From the NCBI GenBank assembly GCA_964016885.1, contig OZ024740.1:54870001-54934000 (forward strand): a stretch of DNA of 64,000 nucleotides, given 5' to 3'. Source of the stretch: Eledone cirrhosa (Eukaryota). Under the pieces are notes generated by a model. It was not told the DNA's origin. It worked only from the letters and a program-made list of their open reading frames with translations, and did no database searches. Each line of letters begins with the position of its first letter. The stretch's first letter is position 1. Positions 15,846 through 29,383 of the stretch are shown here, one piece after another. The position numbers were made by a program, and so were the translations under genes.

Positions 15846-16949
15846 TGTTATACATTCAAATGAACGTTCCTTGTATTCTGAGTTCAAATCCCCAGGAGGT
15901 CAACTTTACTTTTATCTTTCCGCAGTCGATATATTATTACCTGTCTAGGATGGTGGAAGAGTGGAATTGTTAGAGAATAAAACGATATGATTTTAGTATT
16001 TGTTCCGGCTCTTCGTGTTCGGGCTTCAAATAACACCGTATCCTATTCAGAGAGAAGACTGGTTCAATTAACAGGTTTATCGTCAGCAATTGTCCATTGG
16101 GTGCCTTTAACGGAGTCTATGGTCTTTCAAGAATTCGGACCTGTTCTCTAGTTTGAGGATACGTTCTTCTTTCTCAGATTAGTCTCTGACATCCTGAATA
16201 GAATAATGGACATTGCAATTTGTCCAATTTCCCTCTTCTTTATCTCAGGTGGATAGGGTATATATTTGAGAGGAGATTACATTGCTAATATTAACTGATC
16301 TACAATCATGTACGCGTAGAAACCTCTCCAGTAATTCACATTTTGTATGCCAATAGGTTGGGTGGCCTAACTAATATCTTACAGAAAGCTTGATGTCAGC
16401 CTTTCTTCCGCAACTGCCATTTCACAGATAGTATATAGGTTAGTTTGATGGCCGTGCTCCAGCATTACCTGGAACTGCTAAGATATTATATGTGAGAAAT
16501 TGAACCAGTTGCTCCCCTGTAAAATAACTACTCTGCTGATTGACAATGCATTTAGAAAACAGCTTCGTTTGATGGTCGTATTCCAGCATAGTCACAGCAG
16601 GCTAGCTGGAACTGCTAAGATAACGAGTGTGGGAAATTGAACAGATAATGTCACCTTGCGGTATTTGTCCTGACGCTCAGAATCCTGATTTCCAATCCCG
16701 CCTAAATCAACTCAAGCAGTGCAGTCGATAAGAGAATAATCCATACCAAAAGTTGGGAGCTCATGTCTCTACTGGACATCATTATCAAATTTTAAAATAT
16801 ATATTTGAATTTCTATCTTCTAACAAGCAATAATAATAGACGAATTATTAGTGATACATGATTCTATGCAGTCGCTTGAGCTGCTCAATATAGCAGTCAA
16901 ATTTATCTCAAATTACTCCCATAGATTGTTCATACACACACATACACAT

Positions 16950-16980
<31 letters not shown>

Positions 16981-18508
16981 AACATGGGAAGAAAGAGGAA
17001 AACTGTGTGGTTGCACATATATATGTATATATATATATCACTCTGTTACACACTCAATGGCTCTCTCTCTCTCTCCCCCCTTTCTCTCACTCTCTCTCTC
17101 TCTTTCTCTCTCTTAAATTATCCCACTTTCACCAAATCTTTTCTACATTTCCCGGTTCCATAAACCATAGAGTGGCTATCCACAGTGAACCATATCTCAC
17201 TTTAAGTGTTTCACGATAATTTTGTTTCTTTTAAATAGAAAGGGGGGTTCTTCTCTTCAACAAACCTTTTATAATATTATGTGCAGATTACAAAGCCAAC
17301 GTGAAATAATTTATTACATTTTTAAAATAAATGTATTCTTAATAGTGTTAATTTTTAACGTGTCCATCGTCATTATGTTTTTAAAACATGTTGCGATTCC
17401 GAAAGTCTAGAAATAAATTTCTGCAGCTGATTTTCTGTTATACCCTGAATCCTATTAAGGATCCTGCCCGCAAGCTATCTATACAACGTGCGTTTATATG
17501 TTATCATAAAATAAATTTGAAGTATTTATTGAACTTTTAAAAAATTAATAAACTATTACAACAACATTTTTTTTATTGTCAATAATAAAATAGATGTATC
17601 AGGCTTCTAAATGGTCTTTAAACATTAATCCTACCATCTAAATAATGAACATTATCTTTAAATATATTATTAATTTATTGATATTTAATTGCACATGGAC
17701 ATGGAAGAAATAGCAACATAGTTTCTTAAATCACACCATCATAGCATGTAAAAAACATATATGTTAATACATAATTTGATAAGCACAAGTTTGGTGAATT
17801 TGCAGGAACATTAATGCGACTGATAAAATATCTTTATGTTATGTGTTCATATTTCGTTGAAGTCAACCTTGCTTTACATTCTTCCGCGGTATATAATCTA
17901 AAGCACTATTAAATTAGTGGGTTCGAGTTTGTCTTGTTCTTTAATTAGAAATCATTATTAGATACACGATTTTTAAAGGCAAAGGTAAAAAACTGATGGT
18001 TTAGTCCCGCGTAGTAAACGTTTTATTATAACTCTGCTCAATCGTAGCCGAAATGTAGATGATCAACAATGGAAATCATTGTTGGCAGCCTTAACATGGC
18101 AACAAATGTGGTGTGTCATACTTAATGCCACTCCAACTGCAAAAGCAACAACACTACCAGCAACAGCAACACTACAATTAGTACCACATCCAATACCACT
18201 ATCATTAACGCAAACAATATTACTGCTAGCATCACAAAAGATAACACCAACAACAACACAAACTATAAGATCAACAGCTGTAGTAACAACGCCAGAACCA
18301 CTACAACCAATCTAAAAGCAATCAGCTCAACAACCATACGATCATATATTTGATCAACCAAGGTTTTACTTGGTCAACAATAGCAACGATCCAAGGAACA
18401 GTTTGGCTATCCATATAATTGATTAAGCTGCTAAAAGTAGCAACAGAACCACTCTCAAATCACACACTATATGCCATTTTGTTTAACACAAAATATAGTT
18501 AATATAAT

Positions 18509-18690
18509 TGTGTCTACATTTGGCACAAGGTCAGCAATTATCCCAGTACATTACTGGTACTTTATTTTATCGACCCCGTAAGGATGAAAGGCAAAGTTAA
18601 CCTCGGCGGGATTTGAACTCAGAATGGCAAGGGCCATAATTCTATGCGTCAAAGCATGGCGTCCGACCCCCTACCGATACTGCCAATCCA
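18509..18690 (-). mobile_element. tRNA-derived SINE with 14-bp target-site duplication
   Basis: A-box TGGCAGTATCGG, B-box GAGTTCAAATCC, central GCCTTTCATCCTTACGGGGTCGATAAAA; TSD ATAGTTAATATAAT at 18495-18508 and 18691-18704. Confidence 0.9.
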
Positions 18691-19568
18691 ATAGTTAATA
18701 TAATATTTCGTAGAAATCCTCACAAGAGAGAAGTACTAATCATGTTCAAAATGCCTTTGACTACCGGGCTACGGCAGTTATTCTAAAAATATTATTAGAG
18801 TTTAATAGAAATGTGCATGCCAAAGTGCAAACATATCAGACCTGATTATGTAAAGATTCCGTCGCTCACGTTTGGCCTTTTATCTGCCCTATGAAGTTTG
18901 TCTATTGGGGTTCAGATATAGGCAAGCGTTTTCTTCGTGGGAGTAAAGAAGATACTCATAGTATGTTTCCCATTTACCCGTTACTGATGCTGTGCAAAGG
19001 AAAAACAACTGATACGGCTTGATAGCAATGTCGTCGCGTGCGAATTCACTATGAAAAGATATACTTCAAAGGATTTTGTCAAATCAGATCTCAGGAGTGG
19101 CTCAGGCGCGACATTATTGACAAATATTGGATTTTGGCACATAAGCAAATGCGTGAATATGGAGGGTGTATCAACTGGCACAGTTTAGAGCTGAAAATAT
19201 GCATTGGGACCATCAATTCGTATTTGAGCTAATATCTAGTTCCTGCATACATTGTGTTAGCCATTAGAACCTTGACTATCTGATAATATTCGCGTCAGAC
19301 CTCTGTAATCGACCTGCATGCCAGGTTTCTTTTCATGATGCACTCGATGCACTGGTTGTAGCCTGCTCAACTCATCGTGGGTGAACACTGGCATAAATAG
19401 TGATATAAAGGAAGGATTTTGTCGAACAATCTGACAATCCTTCAAACCACGGGCCTGAACTTGTATTTAACCTGATCTTACATGTTTATACCTTTATTCT
19501 AATATTGTCTTTAAAAAGGTATATTCAAAATTACACATCTTTTTGTATGAGAACTATATATATATATA

Positions 19569-19570
19569 TG

Positions 19571-19634
<64 letters not shown>

Positions 19635-19635
19635 C

Positions 19636-19676
<41 letters not shown>

Positions 19677-19755
19677 CGCGCGTGTGTGTGTGAGTGTGTT
19701 TGTGTGTGTGTGTGTGTGTATGTGTGTGTGTGTGTGTGTATGTGTGTGTGTGTGT
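19569..19755. repeat. (TG)n/(CG)n microsatellite
   Basis: Directly visible. Confidence 0.97.
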
Positions 19756-21009
19756 TTATGCGAAATTGAATAAAAGTATATAATACATGACAAAATGAGA
19801 TATAACGAATACATGATGAATTGTAAGGTATGCTACTATACTTAATGTTTACTCTATATCTTTGAATGACAGGACGAATTAGAATCTTTACTCAACTGGA
19901 TCAGATTTGAGCTGCGTTTGAAAAGTATCTGAAACATCAACAAAATAGCAAACCGAAACTTAACGTCCCACAATTATTTTGGCTTTAATGTTTTATTACA
20001 AGAATTTTACTAGACGTAGCAGTGAAATTTGCTTCAAATCAAACTCTAAAATATCTGTTAAAATGTATTATGCTTTCCAGATTACAATGTATCTGAATTT
20101 ACAAAAAGGTAAAAGGCAAAATATAAATATTAATTTGATCAGAGGTCAGCTTATATAGGTCATATCTTGGGTGAAAACACAGAAGAGGAACTAACATTTA
20201 ACTTTAACTAATTACTTATCTTCCTATGGCAATTCAATTTGACTGAACTAGAATCAATTATTGTTGTTACATCTGGTTTCATTCAGCTGTAATCAAATCT
20301 GAAACAGTCCCTCTGCTCCAAAAATGTTAACGGTAGTATAGTGTCCACGTCCGGCATGTTGCTAATGTGCAGTTGCTACCAAATCCTCAACAATACTAGT
20401 GCTCTCCTAGAGCATTGTTATTGGGGTTCTACGTCTGAAATCATGAATTTTCCCTTTATCTACTGATATTAACTCAATGAATATACTAGTGCATACACAA
20501 ATAGAACCGTGCCTTTTCTCCTGTATTCAGGGTCTTGCTAAGTATCTGGTACAGCGCTGCAGTTACAGAAATATCCTATGCAACATCCATAAATCGCACA
20601 AACCATTAATAATTCAGTTGTTTTCTCACGCTGTCTATTCTACCATCCTACATTGTGAACTTGGCACAAAGGGAGTAGCTGAACTGGTGCCTTCTCTAAT
20701 TAGAATCAGTTTACACGCTTATGTCTTCTATCATTAAATATACTATGTTCACCCCACTTGTCAACCCACTTTAAGTACTACTCAGACCATATTTCTCAGA
20801 TACTGGGACCTGTAAGTTTTTTCTTGAGCCTATATTATCTGTAGGTATCAACATGTCGTTGAAGAACATCAACCGTATCGGGAATACATAAAAACATGTG
20901 TTCCGCAACAAACGAAGGAATGTCATTGCGAAGCCTAATATAGTATGCAGACACATCTAACACGCCACATATTCACACACACAATAACACCCTTATACAA
21001 ATATATATA

Positions 21010-21268
21010 CTTCTTCTTTTTCGCCCACCTATTCCTAAGAGGGTATGGGAGCAGAGTCCTCGAACACGGTTTTCAGAGGGTCATATCAGAAGCAACCTTT
21101 TACAGCTGTTCCAGTTGGATCCCCAAGCCAGCCCAGCCAAGCTCATGGATGTTATCCAACCATCTTGCTTGGGATCTACCACTGAGTCTTCTGCCGACTG
21201 CTTTTGTCTGTAAACTCTGTTCAACGTTTCTCTCATAAGACATTCTAACCACATGCCTGGAGTATCGT
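21010..21268 (-). mobile_element. RTE-like LINE 3' end
   Basis: YSRHVVRM...GRRLSGRSQARWLDNI C-terminal motif followed by a short (GAA)n tail. Confidence 0.7.
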
Positions 21269-21429
21269 TTAATAAATATATTTAACAAAAACCATCGAAG
21301 TGGACTTTATTATCCCTGGAAAGTTGCAAGCCTATGCATGGTCATTTGCGTAGCATGCCTAAAAGACACTTCTCTCCACCTCCTAAATTTGATCTACGCA
21401 AAAGTCGAAAAATGTCTAAATTCTGTCTC

Positions 21430-21670
21430 AGGCTCAGAGGCATATTATACCGGTGCTTATATCGGTTTCTTGGGATTAAGTGACAGAGTATACAAGACTA
21501 CTTCCTGTACAGGACGCCTGTCAGTTGCAAGGCTAAACCTGGTATTTAGTTTCAGCTGACCGCACTGGATCAACGTGATTCGAAGTGTTTTGCTCAAGAA
21601 TACAACACAAGAGCAGATCCAAGAGACGAAATCTCAACAGTTAGATCTTAAGTCCAACACACTTAAATTA
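21430..21670 (-). mobile_element. Old SINE of a second family (CORE/V-like central domain)
   Basis: Minus strand GTGTTGTATTCTTGAGCAAAACACTT...CCAGT...CAGCTG resembles that domain. Confidence 0.45.
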
Positions 21671-21799
21671 GGCGACACACCGTCAAGCTCAGAGCACGGG
21701 AGAAAAAATGTATGGCATAAGTACAGGACATACTGATAAATCAGATGCAGTAGTGAGCTCAGTACATAAAACGATAATGATCTGTGATCTGAAAAATGT

Positions 21800-21843
<44 letters not shown>

Positions 21844-21904
21844 ACACTCAAACACATACACACTCGCAAATGCACATATGTATATTTATATATATATATA
21901 TATA

Positions 21905-22173
21905 TATTTATTAAAATAACAGATTAAAGTTTAAGCAAAGAATCGTTGTTCACCCTTAACGGGATCTTCTGAAACTATATATATATATATTCATATATAT
22001 ATGGTTAGTTTCAGAAGATCCCGTTAAGGGTGAAAGCAGCGATTCTTTGCTTAAACTTTAATCTGTTATTTTAATAAATATTTGCTCTACGGTTCTTATA
22101 TATTTGATATATATTTATCCTTGTCGAGCCCTCTTTGGATTTTAGTCTTCAAATGTAATATTATTACTATTAT

Positions 22174-22175
<2 letters not shown>
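21905..22175. mobile_element. Fold-back Penelope-like remnant in (TA)n
   Basis: 21905-21977 is the reverse complement of 22006-22080, with a TA spacer; a partial copy lies at 26038-26125. Confidence 0.75.
22007..22057 (+). ncRNA. Type-I hammerhead ribozyme, U4A core variant
   Basis: AGTTT-CAGAAGA-T-CCC GTTAA GGG-T-GAAA-GCA..TGC-T-T-AAACT; all three stems pair. Confidence 0.65.
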
Positions 22176-22259
<84 letters not shown>

Positions 22260-22662
22260 TTAAGGATACTATTTATGGTTATGTATATACTAAAACTTTT
22301 TATAGTTATATATATTTTAACAGTATGGTTAAAACTTTTTATAGTTATATTTATTATAACACCTTGCCGCACAATAATCTTATATAAATAAGACACACGT
22401 GCATGCCCCACGTGTAACTATTGCATGTACTAACTACTTCAACTGACTAACCAACTATCCTCTTGAAATTACCTTCGTAAACTGCCGATGTTGTGTTTTA
22501 ACTTAAATTTTGTTTTAATATGATTTTAATTTTTGAATTTAAATTGCCATGCAAAAATATTATAATGGATGTCACCCCACTGTGCATCGATATATACATA
22601 TGTTTCTGTATGTCTCTTGTGTTGAAAAGGAGGTCATGTATGTAAACAATCATTGAAAAATT

Positions 22663-22707
22663 GCTCCGAAGACTCCAAACCTCGGTTTGGACGAAACAAT
22701 TGTAAGC
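22663..22707 (+). ncRNA. Minimal type-I hammerhead ribozyme, U4C core variant
   Basis: GCT-CCGAAGA-C-TCCAAAC CTCG GTTTGGA-C-GAAA-CAATTG-T-A-AGC; perfect 7-bp stem II, palindromic stem III, GUA site. Confidence 0.75.
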
Positions 22708-22990
22708 TAATAAATGGTTTGAACAGAACTTTGATTCATGTGATTTCTATATATATATATATATGTTGATGTCACAGGTATGTGACGAAAGAACTTTGAT
22801 AGATTATATATATATATCAATATCTGTATTTTTAACCGTTGGTCAATCAACAATAAACATTGATTGCCAGATAAATTAACTATGGGGTTATAAATGATAG
22901 AGAAGCGAAAACTAATGGAAACCAAACAGTGTGTTATATTATTATTTCTGGCAATATTAAAACAATATGACCCTCCTCAAATATTACAAT

Positions 22991-23042
<52 letters not shown>

Positions 23043-23531
23043 GCATATATAATAATAAAGAAATTGAAGAAAGCATCAATACAACAACATTCGTGATTCA
23101 ATGAGTCTGATTAGTTATCGGTTCAACAGTCAATGCCCGATCATTACCGATTTCGACTTGGCCTAATCGACTGCGGAAAGCGCGTCACCAGTGAATTATG
23201 TAGATGCTACATAGTAATTTCATATATATATTTAAAATATTCATATATATATATTTAAAATCCTGGAAAGAAGAACAAAGATATATGAATACATTTATAT
23301 ATACATGAATTCATAAATCTTTGTTCTCTCCAGCATTATAAATATGATTTTTTGTTCTACTTATGATAAGATTGTTAAACAATCTCTCTTTCCATCTACA
23401 CGCATGGCTCACTAGTTTAGCAATCTATATGCATTGAGCACACTAACCCTTTCTCTACCGGTTTGTAATCTGCATAACTAATCACTTTTCTCTTCTAATT
23501 AGTTTACTTGCTTTTTATTCTATACTTTGTA

Positions 23532-23595
<64 letters not shown>

Positions 23596-23596
<1 letters not shown>

Positions 23597-23788
23597 CAAA
23601 GGAATTGTGGTAAGGAACCAGACGGACCATAACGCACCAGAGTACTCAATACTTAGGGTAGTAGAGTGAGAAATAGGAAAAAAGTATGACCCGACGGCAG
23701 AGCTCAAGCCGTCGGGGTCATACTTTCTAGTCCAGAAACAGCCGTCGAAACAGCTTGAGCTCTGCCGTCGGGTTCATACTTGTTCCTA
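23596..23788. mobile_element. Repeat family B with nested inversions, in (TA)n
   Basis: Tail plus two inverted partial copies of the GACCCCGACGGCAGAGCTCAAGC segment. Confidence 0.8.
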
Positions 23789-24316
23789 TATGTATATATA
23801 TATATATATATAATAGATAGATATCTTTCTTTATTTGCCACAGGGACGTATATATAGAGAGAGAGATAGATAGATAGACGTATATATACGTATAAATATA
23901 TATATATAGATATATATACATATACATGTATAGATGTATATATATATATGTATTTACGTACATATATATATATATATGTAGGGGGGGGGTATCTCTGTGT
24001 GTTGATGCGGGGGGTTGCTTGCGTATCTGTGTATGATATAATATAAATTACATGATATATTATATAATGGAAAATTAGTTTCATATGACCTGAGTATATT
24101 TAATGTATATTTATATATTGTCATAAATGCATTTAAACATACATATACAAACACATACATACACATACACACACATACACACACGCACACACAAACACAC
24201 TTATATATAGTCAAATATATAGATGGAATACTTCATACAATTGATACCATTTCTAAATCATTACACATATTTCAGGTGTTATACATTTTTGCTTCGGATA
24301 TATATTTTTACCTTTT

Positions 24317-24397
<81 letters not shown>

Positions 24398-24405
24398 AAT
24401 ATATC

Positions 24406-24461
<56 letters not shown>

Positions 24462-24558
24462 ATATATATACATAAATTTCTTCCTTTCTCCTCATGTTCC
24501 GTCATAACCACCATCCTAAACCTTGTTTTAGTAACCATACAGCTCCTTTCGTTTCATA

Positions 24559-24629
<71 letters not shown>

Positions 24630-24965
24630 TCTATGTGTATAAATATATCGTAACGCCACTGGATTAATTTTTAAGGAAAACAAATCACCGAAGACGCCTA
24701 CGAAATTTGGTGTCTTACTTTTCAGTTACTTATGACTAACTATATTATTTGAATGTACTTTAAATTCAATCGTGTATGGTCAGGTTTTATTGCTATGCTA
24801 TTGGATAAAAGTTGTTAAAGTAAAATCCTGTTCATATCATACTACTTTCAAATAAAGTATGAGATATTTTAATTTTGACGTGACAGAAATTACATTATAT
24901 TTCTAATATTATATATTACTCCATATTTTATATCATCACAATTGTCTTGCAAAATATATACCAAA

Positions 24966-25004
<39 letters not shown>

Positions 25005-25056
25005 AAACGGAGAAAATGAAACGAAATTTCATTTCCCACTCTTATGTATATATATA

Positions 25057-25181
<125 letters not shown>

Positions 25182-25270
25182 CGTAAAATAAGAAAATTAT
25201 AAAATTAACTTACTTACTAAAATTTCACTCCAACTAATTGTGTATATATATGTTACTAGATATACTAATT

Positions 25271-25312
<42 letters not shown>

Positions 25313-25327
25313 GCATATGTATATATG

Positions 25328-25365
<38 letters not shown>

Positions 25366-25506
25366 GATGCATGAGTGTTAATATGAATCTATATAGATTT
25401 ACATACTTTCATAACTTTGTTGTTATATATACATATATATACATATATGTATGTATATTGTTTTACCTGTTCCAGCAAACTGGCAGAGGCCATGCTGGGG
25501 CACCGC

Positions 25507-25599
<93 letters not shown>

Positions 25600-25785
25600 T
25601 AGCTTTATATAGTTTAGCTATCGGACCATTCATTAGCTTTGAAATCGCTACATTAAGGAATCACAAACGCAGAAGTATGTAGTTTAAATCGTTTGCTATA
25701 TCCAATAGAAAACAGAATCAGGTAAAATACCGCGAGTAATTATCTACGTGAACTCTATTGCAAATATACTTAAATATACATACAT

Positions 25786-25938
25786 TGATATAAGCATGAA
25801 TACATATAGTAGTACGTGACTTTATACACACGCACACAGACACCAACACACATGCCCTCTTCAGCTATGTGGCAGCTCGTGCAGATGTGCAATCTCGGAT
25901 AATACATTGAGAATGGAATTCCCTGGACAGAATCTGCA
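25786..25938 (+). repeat. Segment duplicated at 26921-27079; apparent upstream body of family B
   Basis: GATATAAGCATGAATACATATAGTAGTAC...ACATTGAGAATGGAATTCCCTG.ACAGAATCTGC occurs at both loci. Confidence 0.8.
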
Positions 25939-25952
25939 GTAGCCCGTTGTAT

Positions 25953-26031
<79 letters not shown>

Positions 26032-26119
26032 TTATTTATTATTAAAATAACAGATTAAAGTTAAAGCAAAGAATCTTATCGAGCCCTCTTCGGCTTTTAG
26101 TCCTCACATTTATTTTTAT

Positions 26120-26196
<77 letters not shown>

Positions 26197-26802
26197 TAGT
26201 ATGTCACATATATAGATAGGTTTGTGGATATGCGTGGAAATGTGCGCAAGTGTGGGGCCCCGTTACACTGCTTACGACTCTGTCTATTTTTATCTCCCGA
26301 ATGAGTTATCGATGAAGTAAATACGAAAACTAAACTTAATTTCTGTGATCGATATGATCGTCACAAATCAATGCGGTGACACTGCATCGCCACAGACTGA
26401 AACGAGTAATAGTATAAATGAAAAGTATACATACATACATACATACATATATACATACATACATACATATTAACACACATACATAAATCCATACATATAT
26501 CTATGCATTTATATAAATAAATATTTATGCTACACCGCATTCGAACTTGAGGTATTCTCGTTTCATTATGTAAACAAAAACAGTTGTTCTGTGTAATGAT
26601 CACACACACACACATGCATGCAGTCACAAACACACTCACACAACAAACACAGACACACACTCACAAACGCACACACACATGCACACATACACACACATGC
26701 ATAACATATATATACATATACATATATACATGCATATATATATATGCCAAAATATACTCACGTAATAAAAAATATGTTATTTTCTGACTAGGCTGTGTGT
26801 AA

Positions 26803-26862
<60 letters not shown>

Positions 26863-26865
26863 TAT

Positions 26866-27150
26866 AACAAAGGAATTGTGGTAAGGAACTAGATGGACCA
26901 TAACGCACCAGAGTACTCATTGATATAAGCATGAATACATATAGTAGTACATGACTTTATACACACGCACACACACACACACCAACACACACACACACAC
27001 ACACACACACATGGCCCTCTCGTGCAGATGTGCTACCTCGGGTAATACATTGAGAATGGAATTCCCTGCACAGAATCTGCCGTCGGAAATAGGGTCCAGA
27101 AATAGCCGTCGAGACGGCTTGAGCTCTGCCGTCGGGGTCATACTTTTTCT
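26866..27150. mobile_element. Longest family B copy (inverted tail + body + hairpin segment)
   Basis: Inverted tail at 26866-26918, then the body reading into GTCCAGAAATAGCCGTCGAGACGGCTTGAGCTC. Confidence 0.75.
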
Positions 27151-27155
27151 TAAAT

Positions 27156-27188
<33 letters not shown>

Positions 27189-27645
27189 ATTTGTGTATGT
27201 GCGTGTGTGTGTTTGTGTGGATGAGGGTGTTTGCGTTTGTGTTTGTGCCTGTAAGAACATGAATGTTCGTATATTGTCAATATAAATTGACTATATGACT
27301 GTAATGTATTGCAACATCTTTCGCGTGGCATCTATCCTCGAATATATCTCTCACATTTGTTCTGTAAACATGAAGTGAATATTTTTAAGCTATATAATTG
27401 TGTACAATATAGATTAATTTTTCATTAGAATATATCATGGTGAATGTCATATTTGAATAAAATATTAAATTATGAAATACATTTTTTCACATTGGCTGTG
27501 TGTGCATATGACTAGCTAAAGTGTGTTTATATAACTGTGTATGCAAAGTTGATATATTAACTAAAATACATTCATGCTTAATAATTTAATTGTTTCTACT
27601 TTTTGGCACAAGGCCAGCAATTACCAGTGCATTACTGGTACTTTA

Positions 27646-27694
<49 letters not shown>

Positions 27695-27885
27695 GTGTGT
27701 ATTTATTTATATTTATACACAGCGATCCCTCTATCTATCTCTTCATGTATTTATCTACCTCTCTATATGTCTATCTATCTATATCTCTTTCATTATAACT
27801 AACTATACGTCAGTCTATTGATATATCTTTTCAACTGCCTTATTTTGTCAATTTGCATTCGTCAAATCTTTTTTACATACACGTA

Positions 27886-27926
<41 letters not shown>

Positions 27927-27992
27927 TGAAGTAATTCCGTCGGAAAGGTCCAGGAAAAAAGAGTGCTCTATGTAGGTTACAGAGCTTAATAG

Positions 27993-28167
27993 TTATGTAA
28001 TAAACAACATAAGGCAATCATTTCATTTACCAGTGGTTTCTTAAAAGCAAACAAATTTTGCTTTCAATCACCAGGATTTTTTCATTCTGATGATTGAAAG
28101 CAAAATTTGTTTGCTTTTAAGAAACCACTGGTAAAATAATAATTTCCGTATGTTGTTTATTACATAA
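27993..28167. mobile_element. Fold-back repeat with a stem-II-less hammerhead-like core
   Basis: ~80-bp arms; CTGATGA-TT-GAAA-GCAAA ATTTG TTTGC-TT at 28087-28116. Confidence 0.65.
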
Positions 28168-28199
<32 letters not shown>

Positions 28200-28201
<2 letters not shown>

Positions 28202-28376
28202 CGAAGGAAGTGTGGTAAGGAACCAGGTGGACCATAACGCACCAGAGTACTCGATACTTTGGGTAGTAAAGTTGCCCCGACGGCAAAGCTCAAGCCGTTT
28301 CGACAGTTATTTCTGGACAGTACAGAAATACCTGTCGAAACAGCTTGAGCTCTGGTGTCGGGGTTCTGACTCTTTT

Positions 28377-28380
<4 letters not shown>
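28200..28380. mobile_element. Repeat family B, fold-back copy in (TA)n
   Basis: Tail plus inverted partial copy centred near 28320. Confidence 0.8.
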
Positions 28381-28424
<44 letters not shown>

Positions 28425-28425
<1 letters not shown>

Positions 28426-28610
28426 AAGGCGGGTAAAATTCCCGAGATCCATGGACGAGTTCTCTCCAGCGGTCTCTGTCCCTCATTATCGCTGCCATAT
28501 CCTGCATCTCCAACAGACCAGTGTCTGTCCTTAGGGCATCAACATATGTTAACCTTGGTCTTCCACTTCGAGTGTGTCCATGTAGGGGCTCCCAAAGGAG
28601 CACTGAGTGC
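28425..28610 (-). mobile_element. RTE/RTE-X-like LINE 3' end
   Basis: Minus strand translates VLLWEPLHGHTRSGRPRLTYVDALRTDTGLLEMQDMAAIMRDRDRWRELVHGSREFYPP*. Confidence 0.8.
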
Positions 28611-28616
28611 TATATA

Positions 28617-29338
28617 TATATATAAATATGTATACGTACATACATATATGTATACAGTGTTGAACAAACGAGCAACGATGGTTGCTAGAGACTACGGCTT
28701 AATACGGGATGTTTGTTTACAAACACACCGAGCATTATAATAAATGTTTGGTGAATCCATACGTACATATATATATGTGTGCATGTATGTATATATATAT
28801 ACATACGACTGTACGTCTGTATACATATATGTATGTACGTGTACATACTTATATATAAGTAACAGCCGTACTAAAAGTAGGAAATGAAATTTCGTTTCAT
28901 TTTTTTCCATTTATTGTTTTCGGTACCCAGGCCGATTAACCCACTCGATATGCAAATTAGGCTGCTCAGCCGTTAATATGCATGAGGAAAATATATACTT
29001 TCAGACGTTCAATCATCTGGCTGGAAGGTATACGTTTGCTGACGATAGCTAATAAGCTTGAAACTACTACAGCGTTCCTTTGTCAGTGTTGAACAAACGA
29101 GCAATGGTGGTTGCTAGACACTACGGCTTAATACGGGAGGTTTGTTTACAAACATACCGAGCATTATAATAAATGTTCGGTGAATCCATACGTACATATA
29201 TATATATGTGTGCATGTATGTATATATATATATATACTACTGTACGTCTGTATACATATATGTATGTACGTGTACATACTTATATTTAAGTAACAGCCGT
29301 ACTAAGAGTGGGAAATGAAATTTCGTTTCATTTTTTTC

Positions 29339-29343
<5 letters not shown>
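28617..29343 (+). mobile_element. Non-coding partial-tandem (~1.6-mer, 429-bp period) hammerhead element; retrozyme/pLTR-like
   Basis: 28655-28912 is repeated at 29084-29343; short inverted cap at 28617-28657; HHR at 29033; (TA)n on both flanks; inverted 3' tip also at ~25004-25043. Confidence 0.78.
29033..29074 (+). ncRNA. Minimal type-I hammerhead ribozyme, canonical core
   Basis: CGTTTG-CTGACGA-T-AGCT AATA AGCT-T-GAAA-CTAC-T-A-CAGCG; stem III is one mismatch from the palindrome CTAG. Confidence 0.75.

Positions 29344-29377
<34 letters not shown>

Positions 29378-29383
<6 letters not shown>

Noticed and set aside
24668-24720. CCGAAGA..GAAA motif
   Set aside because: Stems II and III do not form; at best a deleted relic.
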